From positions 1 through 44,260 of the forward strand of contig NW_021835000.1 of NCBI RefSeq assembly GCF_006345805.1: DNA of 44,260 nucleotides. The letters are read 5' to 3'. The notes below the pieces were generated by a model that was given only the letters and a program-made list of their open reading frames with translations, was not told the origin of the DNA and ran no database searches. A program made the translations under genes and the position numbers. This stretch comes from Octopus sinensis. Its lineage: Eukaryota. This document shows, one piece after another, positions 24,321 to 36,270 of this stretch. Position 1 is the first letter of the stretch. Each line of letters opens with the position of its first letter.

Positions 24321-24541
24321 AATATTGGTTTCAAATTTTTGGCACAAGGCCAGTAATTTCGGGGCAGAAGGTAAGTCGATTACTTCGAACTCGGTGTTCG
24401 AGTGGTACTCATTTTATTGATCCCAAAAGGATGGAAGAGAAAACTAGCCTCGGCGGAATTTGAACTCAGAACGTAAAGACGAACGAAATGCAGTCAAGCA
24501 TTTTGCCCGGCATGGTATCGGCTCTTCCAGCTCGCCGCCTT
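24321..24541 (-). mobile_element. SINE family C, full length
   Basis: From AATATTGGTTTCAAATTT..GGCACAAGGCC through CCTCGGCGGAATTTGAACTC to CCAGCTCGCCGCCTT. Confidence 0.88.
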
Positions 24542-24594
24542 CCTGTTATTCAATTATTGATGTACATACAAGCTAGCAGACTGAGGTATGGGTG

Positions 24595-25115
24595 AAGGCG
24601 CATAGTTCAGTTGTTAGAGCGTCGAACTCACCATTATGAGGCAGTGAGTTCGATTCCGGACCGAGCTGTGTGTTGCATTGTGTTCTTGAGCAAAACACTT
24701 TATTTTTACGTTGCTCCTGTTCACTCAGCTGTAGAAATAAGTTGTGACGTCACTGGAGCCAAACTGTATCGGCCTTTGCGCTCCCCTAGGATAACATCGG
24801 TGGTATGGAGATGGGAGACTGGTATGCATGGACGACTGCTGGTCATCCATAAACAAACAAGCCCTGTCTTGTGCCCCGGAGGGGGCAATCCTAACTCACC
24901 TGTAGATATGTGTTACGACATCACTGGAGCCAAACTGTATCGGCCTTTGCGCTCCCCTAGGATAACATCGGTGGTATGGAGATGGGAGACTGGTATGCAT
25001 GGGCGACTGCTGGTCATCCATAAACAAACTTGCCCTGAGTTGTGCCTCGGAGTGGCTAACCCTTACTGCAATCCCATGGGCATTCATGACCGAAAGGGGT
25101 CTTTACCCTTACCCT
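24595..25115 (+). mobile_element. SINE family D with internal duplication
   Basis: A-box-like TAGTTCAGTTGTT, B-box-like GAGTTCGATTCC, then GTGTTCTTGAGCAAAACACTT. A 113-bp block repeats at 24746-24858 and 24917-25029 with 2 mismatches. Confidence 0.75.
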
Positions 25116-25740
25116 AGTAGACTGAGTGACTTTGTAAAGGTCATGAGAGTAGCCTCTCGTTCTTTGACTAGTATAAAAAAAAAGCACACAATGAAACTCG
25201 CTGTAAATTTACATATAGCTGAAAAGGGAATTATTAAAACGTGTGAAATTTCCCAGATATTTCATGATCTTACACTCAGTATTCGTTATAAACTTGCATT
25301 TAATGTTTCATTTAATCTGTGTTGTTTCTTCTCCTTCTATGCCATAAAGTATTGATTTTCCTTCCATGCTTCTTGTTTTGTTTTGTTTTGTTTTGTTTTT
25401 TTCTTTTGTTTTACTTTTCACCGTTTTATTTAAATAATCTCGATCTTAATAAATACGCATTTAATTTAGAACCATCTCAAAAGACGACAGACAAAGTAAG
25501 CAAAAGAAATGTTTTCGTTGTTGTGATACAAGCATCCAAGCAGCAATTAATTAATTAAATTTAATCTCAATGAATAAACAAGAATTAAGATGAACATTTG
25601 TACACCCGAAATGTTTTGGTAGAAATATAAAATCGAGAACATTAAATATTTGTAGAAAAATTACTGTCTATATACACCTTAAGAGGATTTCTCGCAACTT
25701 TTTCCCCTTTTAAAACTTTATTCTCTCTCTCTCACACACA

Positions 25741-25780
<40 letters not shown>

Positions 25781-25929
25781 CCCCCTTTGTCTCTCTCTCT
25801 CCCTACCTATTTCTCTCTCTCTTACTCTATCTCCCTCTCTATTTCTATAACTATGCCTGTCAGACTATCTAGCTCTGCTCTGCCTCACTTTCTCCCCACA
25901 CCACGTCTCTAATAATAAATTCGGACATT

Positions 25930-26140
25930 TTATTCTTTTATTCTTTTACTTGTTTCAGTCATTACACTGCAGCCATGCTGGAGCACTGCCTTCACATGTT
26001 TAGTCGAAGAAATGGACTCCGATATTACTTTTAAAACCTGATGTTTATTCTATCATATCTTTTGCCGAACCTCTAAGTTACAAGGACGTAAACATACCAA
26101 ACACCGGTTTTCAATCGGTAATGGAGGCAAACATAAACAC
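25930..26140 (-). mobile_element. SINE family A, 3' half
   Basis: TTTTACTTGTTTCAGTCATT..GCCATGCTGGAGCACTGCC..TAAGTTACAAGGACGTAAAC. Confidence 0.8.
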
Positions 26141-26165
26141 GAATATGCACACAAACACACACACG

Positions 26166-26265
<100 letters not shown>

Positions 26266-26344
26266 ATGTATGTGTACACACATCTACACATAGATTATAC
26301 ATACGTACAGATGTAAGTGTGTACGTATACGTATGTATATATGC

Positions 26345-26386
<42 letters not shown>

Positions 26387-26388
26387 GC

Positions 26389-26421
<33 letters not shown>

Positions 26422-26434
26422 GCATATATATATA

Positions 26435-26745
26435 GTGGAGGCACAATGGGTCAGTGGTTAGGGCAGTGGACTCGCGGTCGGAGGATCACGGTTTCGATTC
26501 CCAGACCGGACGGTGTCTGTGTTTATTGAGCGAAAACACCTAAAAGCTCCACGAGGCTCCGGCAGAGGGTGGTGGTGACTCCTGTTGTACTCTTTCGCCA
26601 CAACTTTCTCTCACTCTCTCTTCCTGTTTCTTAAGTAACGCTGCGATGCACTGGCGTCCCATCCAGCTGGGGGAACACATACGCCACAGAAACCGGGAAA
26701 CCGGGCCCATGAGCCTGGCTAGGCTTGAAAAGGTCGACGTTTATC
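26435..26745 (+). mobile_element. SINE family B, full length
   Basis: GTGGAGGCACAATGGGTCAGTGGTTAGGG..GGTTTCGATTCCC..CATGAGCCTGGCTAGGCTTGAAAAGG. Both sides are TA-rich. Confidence 0.92.
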
Positions 26746-27094
26746 GTTATATATATATAAGGAACAATGAATTATATGTAATCACCGTTATTTTTACGTT
26801 GTTTCTTATATACCACTCTGTGTAAAAACCACTTTATCTGGAGCCCATCCACGGATTTACAATATAGAATTTTGATGAGCCATAACTTGGGACCCTACCA
26901 AAAGATTACTAGGAGTTCTTCACTATTCCAGACAATATTGTTAACTTGGTGTGCCAACAGAGAGCTTATGAAGTATTTTGCTCGGATTGATAATCCCTCA
27001 CTGGTTGTTTTATACATACATACATACATACATACATACATACATACATACATACGTGTGTGTGTGTGTGTGTGTGTGTTGTGTGTGTGTATTC

Positions 27095-27251
27095 GACGAG
27101 TTTCGTCCAGTTTCTGTCTACCAAATCCACCCACAAGGCTTTGGTCAACCTGGGGCTATTGTAGAAGACACTTGCGGAAGGTGCCACGCAGAGGAGACTG
27201 AACCCGAAAGCCTGTGGCTGAGAATCAAGCATCTTACCACACATCTACGCC
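27095..27251 (-). mobile_element. SINE family A, 5' half
   Basis: CAGTTTCTGTCTACCAAATCCAC..GAAGACACTTGC..GACTGAACCCG. Confidence 0.82.
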
Positions 27252-27324
27252 TTTGAACTTACTTTAATTATTTTCAATTGGCTCTAAAAGTTACGCGTGA
27301 AGTCGACTGAAACGGCTATTGTAC

Positions 27325-27563
27325 ATTACTCTCTTATTCTTTTACTTCTTTCGGTCATTTTGACTGCGGTCATGCTGGAGCACCGCCCTTAGTCGAGCAA
27401 ATCGACCCCCCAGGATTTATTCTTTGTAAGCCCAGTACTTATTCTATCGTTCTCTTTTGCTGCACCACTAAGTTACGAGGATGTAAACACACCAGCATCG
27501 GTTTCAAGCGATGTTGGAGGGACACACACACACAAACACACACACATACATATATATATATAT

Positions 27564-27610
<47 letters not shown>

Positions 27611-27769
27611 GGCTTCGTTCAGTTTCCGTCTACCAAATCCACTCACAAGGCTTTGGTCAGCCCGAGGCTATAGTAAAAGACACTTGCCCAAGGTACTACG
27701 CAGTGGGACTGAACCCGGAACCATGTGGTTGGTAAGCAAGGTACTTGGCACACAGCCACTCCTGCGCCT
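27325..27769 (-). mobile_element. SINE family A, full length
   Basis: Antisense of 29606-30027, ending CAGCCACTCCTGCGCCT. Confidence 0.92.
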
Positions 27770-27908
27770 ATTACTTGAATATATTCTGACGGCTCTAAAG
27801 AAATTGCAGGTTAAAAAGGCTTCTAAAGGATTTGAACCCGTGTTCTCCGTCGCAGCATCATTTCTAAAATTGCAATGCTTTTTCGTAAATTAATATTTCT
27901 AACTTTAT

Positions 27909-29310
27909 AAGGCGGTGAGCTGGCAGAAACTTTGTCTGTCCTTATTTATACCCTCTATGTTTAGCCTCCTGTGGGCATTAAAGTAATAAGAAGCGTTAGC
28001 ACGCCGGGCGAAATGCTTATCAGTATTTCGTCTGCCGCTACGTTCTGAGTTCAAATTCCGCCGAGGTTGACCTTGCCATTCATCCTTTCGGGGTCGATTA
28101 AATAAGTACCAGTTACGCACTAGAGTCGATATAATCGGTTTAATCTGTTTGTTTGTCCTTGTTTGTCCCCTCTGTGTGTAGCCCGTTGTGGGCAGTAAAA
28201 AAATAAGAAACGTTAGCACGCCGGGCGAAATGCTTAGCGGTATTTCGTCTGTCGTTACGTTGTGAGTTCAAATTCCGCCGAGGTTGACTTTGCCTTTCAC
28301 CCTTTCGGGGTCGATAAATTAAGTACCAGTTCCGCACTGAGGTCGATGTAATCGACTTATAAGGCGGCGAGCTGGCAGAAACGTTAGCACGCCGGATGAA
28401 ATGCTTAGCGGTATTTCGTCTGTCGTTACGTTGTGAGATCAAATTCCGCCGAGGTTGACTTTGCCTTTCATCCTTTCGGCGTCGATAAATTAAGTACAAG
28501 TTCCGCACTGAGGTCGATATAATCGACTTAATACCTATGTCTGTCCTTGTTTGTCCCCTCTATGTTTAGCCCCTAGTGGGTAATAAAGAAATAGGTATTT
28601 CGTCTATCTTTATGTTCTCAGTTCAAATTCCGCCGAGCTCAATTTTGCCATTCATCCTTTCGGAGTTGATAAGTTAAGTAGCAGTTGCGTAATGGAGTCG
28701 ATCTAATCGAATGGCCCCTCACTCTCCAAAAATCTCGGGCCTTGTGCCTAGAAAACAAAATAATATTTCTGACTTTATATTAAGGCGGCGAGCTGGCAGA
28801 ATTGTTAGCACGCAAAGCAAAATGCCTAGCGGCATTTAGTCCGTCTTCACGTTCTGAGTTCAAATACCGCCGAGGTCGTCTTTACGTTTCATCCTTTCGT
28901 GATCAATAAAATAAGTACCAGTCAAACACAGGGGTCGATGTACTCGATTTTATCCCTACCCCGAAATTGCTGGCATTGTGCCAAAATTTGAAATCAATAT
29001 TTTGCAACTTTATATGAAGGCAGTGAGGTAGCAGAAGCGTTAGCACACAGAGCAAAATGCTTAGCAACATTTCGAACGTCTTTACGTTGTGAGTTCAAAT
29101 TCCACCGAGGTCGACTTTGTCTTTCATCCTTTCGGGGTCCATAAATTAAGTACCAATTGGGTACTGGTGTCGACGTAATCGACTTACCTAGCGCTCCGAA
29201 ATTGCTGGCCTTGTACCAAAATTTGAAGCCAATATTTCTAACTCTGAATCAAGGCGGCGAGTTTAGCGGCGTTTCGTCCGTCTTTATGTTCTGAGTTCAA
29301 ATTCCGCCGA
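27909..29310 (+). mobile_element. Head-to-tail array of about 7 SINE C copies or fragments
   Basis: The B-box-like GTTCAAATTCCGCCGAG motif (or a near match) recurs seven times. AAGGC heads occur at about 27909, 28360, 28782, 29017 and 29251, and tails differ between copies. Confidence 0.92.
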
Positions 29311-29605
29311 ACAAAACAAACAGGATGAAAACAAACAAAAGGTATATCTTCAGCTGTTTTCTATGAATTTTCAGTGTCGACGTTTTAGAGAGGTCCACTG
29401 GCCCTATTGGTGTCAACAACTATTATATGTATTTGTTAGGGATAGATAGATGCAATGGAAAGAAACACCAAAGCGGGTAAAAACTAATTGTCAGGCTTTA
29501 GTAGCTGGACAGAGAAAACAGAAAGACAGGGAAAATATATGGTTAGGAGTTAAAGACTACGAGAAAGAAAAGAGGGAGAACTGCCTTTTACAATAAAAAT
29601 AAGCA

Positions 29606-30027
29606 AGGCGCAGGAGTGGCTGTGTGGTAAATAGCTTGCTAACCAACCACATGGTTCCGGGTTCAGTCCCACTGCGTGGCATCTTGGGCAAGTGTCTTCT
29701 GCTATAGCCCCGGGCCGACCAATGCCTTGTGAGTGGATTTGGTAGACGGAAACTGAAAGAAGCCCATCGTATATATGTATATATATATATGTATGTGTGT
29801 GTGTTTGTGTGTCTGTGTTTGTCCCCCCAACATCGCTTGACAACCGATGCTGGTGTGTTTACGTCCCTGTCACTTAGCGGTTCGGCAAAAAGAGACCGAT
29901 AGAATAAGTACTGGGCTTACAAAAAGAATAAGTCCCGGGGTCGAGTTGCTCGATTAAAGGCGGTGCTCCAGCATGGCCGCAGTCAAATGACTGAAACAAG
30001 TAAAAGAGTAAAAGAGTAAAAGAGTAA
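29606..30027 (+). mobile_element. SINE family A, full-length reference-like copy
   Basis: A-box-like TGGCTGTGTGG, B-box-like GGTTCAGTCC, CTTGGGCAAGT core-like motif, internal microsatellite and (AAAAGAGT)n tail. Confidence 0.95.
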
Positions 30028-30279
30028 GGCAAGTGCAGCATTAAAAGTAAAAGAGAAACAGAAAAAAATATAAGAGAAAGAGATAGAGAAAGAAAATTGA
30101 GAGTACGTATTTTCTTATTACTGAAGGGACGCTGAAAGTAATGGAAACCACCAACTCAATCATGGATAATGCATGTTATTTCATAATCTTACGTTTCTGT
30201 TTCTACCGAAGAATTGTGGTTGTGTAATGAGCTGAATTTATAGAAAAAATATATCTATATTAAAATTGTGTATATATAT

Positions 30280-30510
30280 TTGTTCCGTATACGTTCGACC
30301 CTCTTTCCAAGAAATCCAATGCCTGTGGTTTGGTTTTTCCTTGGGGCTGGCCGGGTCGGAGTAATATCGAGATTAAACAGCCGAAATTACTTAGATGATC
30401 CGGTTCCCGACTGAAGATTAGAGGCTTCGAGTGACCCGTCTGTTTTTTGTTTTTTTTGTGTCGTCTCCTTGTGTGTTTTTGCGTTCTTGTCCCACTTTGT
30501 AATTTATATT
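30280..30510 (+). repeat. Unclassified dispersed repeat (second copy inverted at 42455-42670)
   Basis: TTTTTCCTTGGGGCTGGCCGG..GATGATCCGGTTC..GACTGAAGATTAGAGGCTTCGA..GACCCGTC is shared with the reverse complement of 42455-42670. Confidence 0.8.
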
Positions 30511-32168
30511 TTATATTTAAATTCTATACATATATATATATATATAAGGATAAGATCGTTATTTAAATATTGATCTTATCAAGTGGCCAGCATGGGAATA
30601 AAAACCTTCAAAGGTAATAATTATTATTGTAATTATAATTTAGGCTATCTAAGAGATACCACCATGCTGGAAATAGCAGCCAAATCTTGACTTTAAAACC
30701 ACATTAAATGTTCATACACCACCAGGAGAGAAGACAAAAAGACAAAAATAAACTAGAAAAAAATTACTGGATAATTCCAGATCCCGGATTTCTGACTCTG
30801 TATAAGAAATGCTTTGCCTTATCAGTGGAATATACTCAGAAAGTACATAAACACAAATATATATATATAACATACGAATACTTACATATACGAACGTATA
30901 CATACATATATATACACGTATGCACACGAATATATATACGAATTTATATTAGAAGTGGTGGATGCAGAATGTGCATATAGAGAACTTTTCAAGATGACCT
31001 TAGCACTAGCGACCTCTTCATCTGTGTTCATCCAAATACATATGTCAAATGCATAGAATTATCTTGGTATTTTCTTTGTTTTTGGTGATTTTGTCTATGA
31101 CCAAGACAAGCAATGAAGTCCTGTACAAGCCATATGTTCCTTTATTCTAGCTTTTTCCATGCACAGATATTGCTTGTTAACATAGGCAGCTCCTTTAATT
31201 GTTTTGAACTGTCTGAAAATTCTCTATTGTCTTTTGGGTAATATATTCTGTTGAGTATAATATTACACTGTGTAACACAATTTTTGTCCTTGGGTAGCAA
31301 CTATTATTTCATATTTGCTGACCCCAAGAAAGTATGAAAAATGGCTAATATTTCCCTTCAAACTTTGCTTTTGTTACATTTATTCAAACCCCAAAACATC
31401 CCTCTCAGCTCTTGGCTATGCTGCTCCCGACTCCTGTTCATGCTCAGCGATGCACATATTGTCAACCACTAAGGAACATGCTCAAGGTTTCAAAGTCAAG
31501 CAACTGACAAGCAAATTAGAATATTGAGTTATAACGATATTTGCTATAACGATATTTCTGCTTCAGCATCTCAACACTGAATCTATCTGAAATGTAATGG
31601 AAAATGGGTCAAAAAGCAAAGTTTGGAGGGAATGGTAGTCGTTTCCTTTAATTTCTAGATAGAAGCAAATAAGAAATAACATTTACAGACCAAAGACAAA
31701 AAGATAAGACAAGAAAAATGTGTTACACAATTGTTATCATTGCTTTGCAGCTTATTGATATGCAATGGCCAAACTGTTTATGTGCGAAGCTGTAGCAGTG
31801 CATGCGAGCCAGAAGACGACGCTAGGGACCCGAAAGGTGTTATCCCTTCATTGAATCGGCTTCTTGAGAGAAGAGAGCTTGGTAATGTAGAACGCCGGGT
31901 TTTAGACGGTTACCCGTGCATACATTGTGGCCATGGCTACTTTATGTTGACTTATACAATACAGACGCACACACACACACACACAAACGCACACACACAC
32001 ATCACACACACATACATACATAGACACAAAGAGATGCAAACACACGCACATACGTACATACACACACATATGCACACACACATTTGGTCATACATTATTC
32101 AATATATACTCAATACATAGAGTATATTTTATTCCTTTTTAGCTTATGGTTCATTCTATCGCAGCGTG

Positions 32169-32288
32169 GAAGGTGTTAATAAGCCATTTAAGAAACACAC
32201 AAAAACCGTTAGATTCACTTCAACATTTAAATTTAATTTGTCAAAATATTTTCGTCGCTTTGAGACCGCGACCTGTTCACTGACAAAA
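32169..32288 (+). repeat. Unclassified young dispersed repeat (second copy 39563-39686)
   Basis: About 93 bp, CACACAAAAACCGTTAGATTC..CTGTTCACTGACAAAA, identical between copies except one base. Confidence 0.85.
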
Positions 32289-32855
32289 CACCTTCCACGT
32301 CGCAATTGTTTTCGTCCCAGCACACGATCTCAGATCAGGTCACTTGCTATGCAAGTACATCTCCGTAGTTCATTCTATCGCTCACGCAGAATTTCTCTCT
32401 AAACTTGGGACTTTCAGAAGAATCCTATGAAGCACCACATAAGAATCCTATGAAGCACCACATAAGAAACGTGAAGTTAAAAGAAACAAAAAAAAAATCT
32501 TATTACCCATGTACGGCGGCCTCGTGTAGATGTATGCCATCATGTAGACCATCCCATCATGTAGAAAGCGAAGCAAATGAACATAAAGCAAATGTTGTTA
32601 AATATGAAGCGAGAAGCAGAGCCAGTTGTTATGGAAAAGAGATTTATTCGTTTCCCTGCACTCCCCATCACAAGCTAGATCTGTAACCAAGTGGCTTAAC
32701 GAAAGCTAATTATTAAGGCGACATTTCAAAGTAACTCGATTCTCTCCTCATCTGTAAACCATTCGTGTCATAAGATGATAATTCATTTTTTTAAAAAGAT
32801 GTGTTTGCTGAAACGTTAAAAATATTTTTTTTCTTTTTCTCATATTTCTACCATT

Positions 32856-33110
32856 CTTCTTCTTCTTCTTCTTCTTCTTCTTCTTCTTCTTCTTCTTCTT
32901 CTTCTTCTTCTTCTTCTTCTTCTTCTTCTTCTTCTTCTCCTTCTTCTACTTCTTCTTTTTCATCATGTTCATGATCATCATGTTCATCATCATCATCTTC
33001 TTCTTCTTCTTCTTCTTCTTCTTCTTCTTCTCCTTCTTCTTCTTCTTCTTCTTCTTCTCTTCCTCTCCCTCCTCCTCCTAATCCTTCTCCTCCTTTTTTA
33101 TGTTCTTCGT
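32856..33110. repeat. (TTC)n polypyrimidine microsatellite with TCA/TCC variants
   Basis: Directly visible; source of the poly-E ORF at 32848-33165. Confidence 0.95.
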
Positions 33111-33125
33111 TATTGTTATCTTCAT

Positions 33126-33310
33126 CGCCGGGCGAAATGCTTAGCGGCATTTCATCAGTCTCCACGTTCTTAGTTCAAATTCCGCCGAGGTCGACTTTAC
33201 TTTTCATCATTTCGGGGTCGATAAATTAAGTACCAGTGAAACATTGAAGTCCACGTAATCGACTGCCCTCTTCCCCCAAATTTCAGGCCTTGAGCCCATA
33301 ATAGAAAGGA
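33126..33310 (+). mobile_element. SINE family C, 5'-truncated, running into (TTA)n
   Basis: CGCCGGGCGAAATGCTTAGCGG..GTTCAAATTCCGCCGAGGTCGAC..GGCCTTGAGCC..AGAAAGGATTATT. Confidence 0.85.
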
Positions 33311-33339
33311 TTATTATTATTATTATTATTATTATTATT

Positions 33340-33357
33340 GAGTGAGAGAGCAGTTCA

Positions 33358-33397
<40 letters not shown>

Positions 33398-34240
33398 GTT
33401 ATTATTATTATTATTATTGCCTTTGCACTGCTTCTAACGCTGGAGATGTATTACAGTGTCAGCTGTTCACTACCAATTAACTAAGGTAACACCTCTTCTA
33501 TTTCGAGCACCTTACGGAGTATTCGAGCGGTTCCACGCGGTGCTGTTTTCTGCAAGTGCTCCATCCTTATTGCAGCCCCTATTTGTTCCGCGTACTTCTC
33601 GAGACTTTTTCTCACTCTTCCCAGGGCTCCGACAATTATTGGTACTTCTGCTACCTTTTTCATCGACCATAGCTGCTTAACTTCCCAAGCCAACCTGTCT
33701 TATCTATCAACTTTTCTTTCTTCCTTATCGCATACCTTGTTGTTAGCTGGGCATGCTATATCTATGATCCAGTATCTTTTGTTTTCTTTCTCAATTAACA
33801 CTATGTCCAGCTTCTTATTCTCAATCTCATGGTCGCACTGAATCATAAAATCCTATAGGATCCTTGCATTTCTATTTTCCACGATGCCTTCAGATTTCTG
33901 TTCGTAGCAATTTTTGCTCTTCAAGTCCATACTTGTTGCAGAGTGTCCAATGGACAAGCCTGGCTTTTTTGTGGTTGCATCTCTATATTCCTTCTGGGCT
34001 AGTGGCGTACATTGGCTGGTAATATGCTATACAGTTTCACCGTTTTGTCCACAGATTCTGCACTTATCATTTTCTGTTGTGGTGTCTATTCTGTATTTTA
34101 TGTAGTTTGTTCTTAGTGCTTGCTCTTGGGCAGCACAGATTAGAGCCTCAGTTTCTGGTTTTAAATCACTTTTAGTCATCCACAGCCATCTTTTTTCTGT
34201 CTGTCTTATCTTAAACATCCCTATGAAATTGACCATGCAT
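33340..34240 (-). mobile_element. R4/Dong-type RLE LINE 3' fragment (TAA lineage 1), copy 1
   Basis: MHGQFHRD, ETEALICAAQEQAL, zinc knuckle CRICGQNGETV*HITSQC, LDIVLIE..IIDIACP, PIIVGALG and GTARILRKVL. The 3' UTR contains and ends in (TAA)n. Confidence 0.92.
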
Positions 34241-34275
34241 TCTTTTTTTCAGTTTCATTCGTTATCATCATCATC

Positions 34276-34347
<72 letters not shown>

Positions 34348-35240
34348 GAGTGAGAGAGCAGTTCATATTATATTATTATTATATTATTATTGTTATTATT
34401 ATTATTATTATTGCCTTTGCACAGCTTCTAACGCTGGAGATGTATTACAGTGTCAGCTGTTCACTACCAATTAACTAAGGTAACACCTCTTCTATTTCGA
34501 GCACCTTACGGAGTATTCGAGCGGTTCCACGCGGTGCTGTTTTCTGCAAGTGCTCCATCCTTATTGCAGCCCCTATTTGTTCCGCGTACTTCTCGAGACT
34601 TTTTCTCACTCTTCCCAGGGCTCCGACAATTATTGGTACTTCTGCTACCTTTTTCATCGACCATAGCTGCTTAACTTCCCAAGCCAACCTGTCTTATCTA
34701 TCAACTTTTCTTTCTTCCTTATCGCATACCTTGTTGTTAGCTGGGCATGCTATATCTATGATCCAGTATCTTTTGTTTTCTTTCTCAATTAACACTATGT
34801 CCAGCTTCTTATTCTCAATCTCATGGTCGCACTGAATCATAAAATCCTATAGGATCCTTGCATTTCTATTTTCCACGATGCCTTCAGATTTCTGTTCGTA
34901 GCAAATTTTTGCTCTTCAAGTCCATACTTGTTGCAGAGTGTCCAATGGACAAGCCTGGCTTTTTTGTGGTTGCATCTCTTATATTCCTTCTGGGCTAGTG
35001 GCGTACATTGGCTGGTAATATGCTATACAGTTTCACCGTTTTGTCCACAGATTCTGCACTTATCATTTTCTGTTGTGGTGTCTATTCTGTATTTTATGTA
35101 GTTTGTTCTTAGTGCTTGCTCTTGGGCAGCACAGATTAGAGCCTCAGTTTCTGGTTTTAAATCACTTTTAGTCATCCACAGCCATCTTTTTTTCTGTCTG
35201 TCTTATCTTAAACATCCCTATGAAATTGACCATGCATTCT
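34348..35240 (-). mobile_element. R4/Dong-type RLE LINE 3' fragment (TAA lineage 1), tandem copy 2
   Basis: Near-identical to 33340-34240, with the same truncation point and the same in-frame stops. Confidence 0.92.
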
Positions 35241-35273
35241 TTTTTTTCAGTTTCATTCGTTATCATCATCATC

Positions 35274-35310
<37 letters not shown>

Positions 35311-35311
<1 letters not shown>

Positions 35312-35618
35312 AACGATAAACGTCGCCCTTTTCAAGTCTAGCCAGGCTCATGGTTTCCCGGTTTCTGTGGCGTATGTGTTGTCCCAGCTGGATGGGACGC
35401 CAGTCCATCACAGCGTTACTCAAGAAACAGGAAGAGACAGTGAGAGAAAGTTGGGGCGAAAGAGTACAACAGGGGTCACCACCAGCCCCTGCCGGAGTCT
35501 CGTAGAGTTTTAGGTGTTTTCGCTCAATAAATACACACAACACCCGGTCTGGGAATCGAAGCCGCAATCCTCCGACCGCGAGTCCGCTGCCCTGACCACT
35601 GGGCCATTGCGCCTCCAC
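35311..35618 (-). mobile_element. SINE family B, full length, inside (TTA)n
   Basis: Antisense of 26435-26745, with ATT repeats on both sides. Confidence 0.92.
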
Positions 35619-35619
35619 A

Positions 35620-35684
<65 letters not shown>

Positions 35685-35687
<3 letters not shown>

Positions 35688-36270
35688 TAGTTTTGTTTTT
35701 ATAGCGTGCTTTCACTTCACTACCGAGCGCAGCTCTGTGTGCCTTGGGTATGTGCTGTGATTTGTTGTGATGCTCTGGTGGTTATTGTATGGAAAGTGTT
35801 CTGCGTAGGATGTGTGCAGTGCCTAGTAGTGCAATTTTCTGTATGTTATATGTGTTTGTAAGTCCTGGTGTTTTTGTTATGTATTTGTCTGAATATTTTT
35901 TTATCATGCCTAATGCACCTACTATGATAGGAATTGTTTCTGTTTTCAGATTCCACATTCTAGTTACCTCTATTTCCAGGTCTTTGTATTTTGAGAGTTT
36001 CTCCATTTCTTTTAGAGACACGTTGTAATCTGCCGGTATTGATACATCAATTAGAAAGCATTTTTTTCTTCATGATCTCTGACAACTATATCTGGTCTGT
36101 TGGCCTTACTTTCTCTATCTGTGTGTATCGGCATATCCCAGAGTATGGTTGCTTTCTCGTTTTCTGTGACCTTTTCTGGTGTGTGCCTATACCATCTTTT
36201 TTCTGTTGTTATTCCATAATGTTGGCATAGCTTCCAGTGTATGTAGGTTCCAACTCTGTCGTGTCTGTGA
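35685..36270 (-). mobile_element. Young R4/Dong-type RLE LINE 3' fragment (TAA lineage 2)
   Basis: HRHDRVGTYIHWKLC..ILWDMPIHTD..NRPDIVVRD..CFLIDVSIP..KEMEKLSKYKDL..PIIVGALG..GTAHILRRTLSIQ*. The only lesion seen is one base missing in an A-run. (TAA)n on both flanks. Confidence 0.93.

Noticed and set aside
24611-25117. 168-aa ORF with an internal repeat
   Set aside because: It reads through SINE D, and the repeat is the 171-bp duplication.
30990-31300. Possible Penelope GIY-YIG remnant on the minus strand
   Set aside because: No convincing motif could be read through the stops.
32418-32463. 23-bp exact tandem duplication AAGAATCCTATGAAGCACCACAT
   Set aside because: Real but an ordinary slippage duplication with no further structure.
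32848-33165. Acidic poly-E/D ORF
   Set aside because: Antisense of the (TTC)n/(TCA)n tract, starting inside SINE C sequence.
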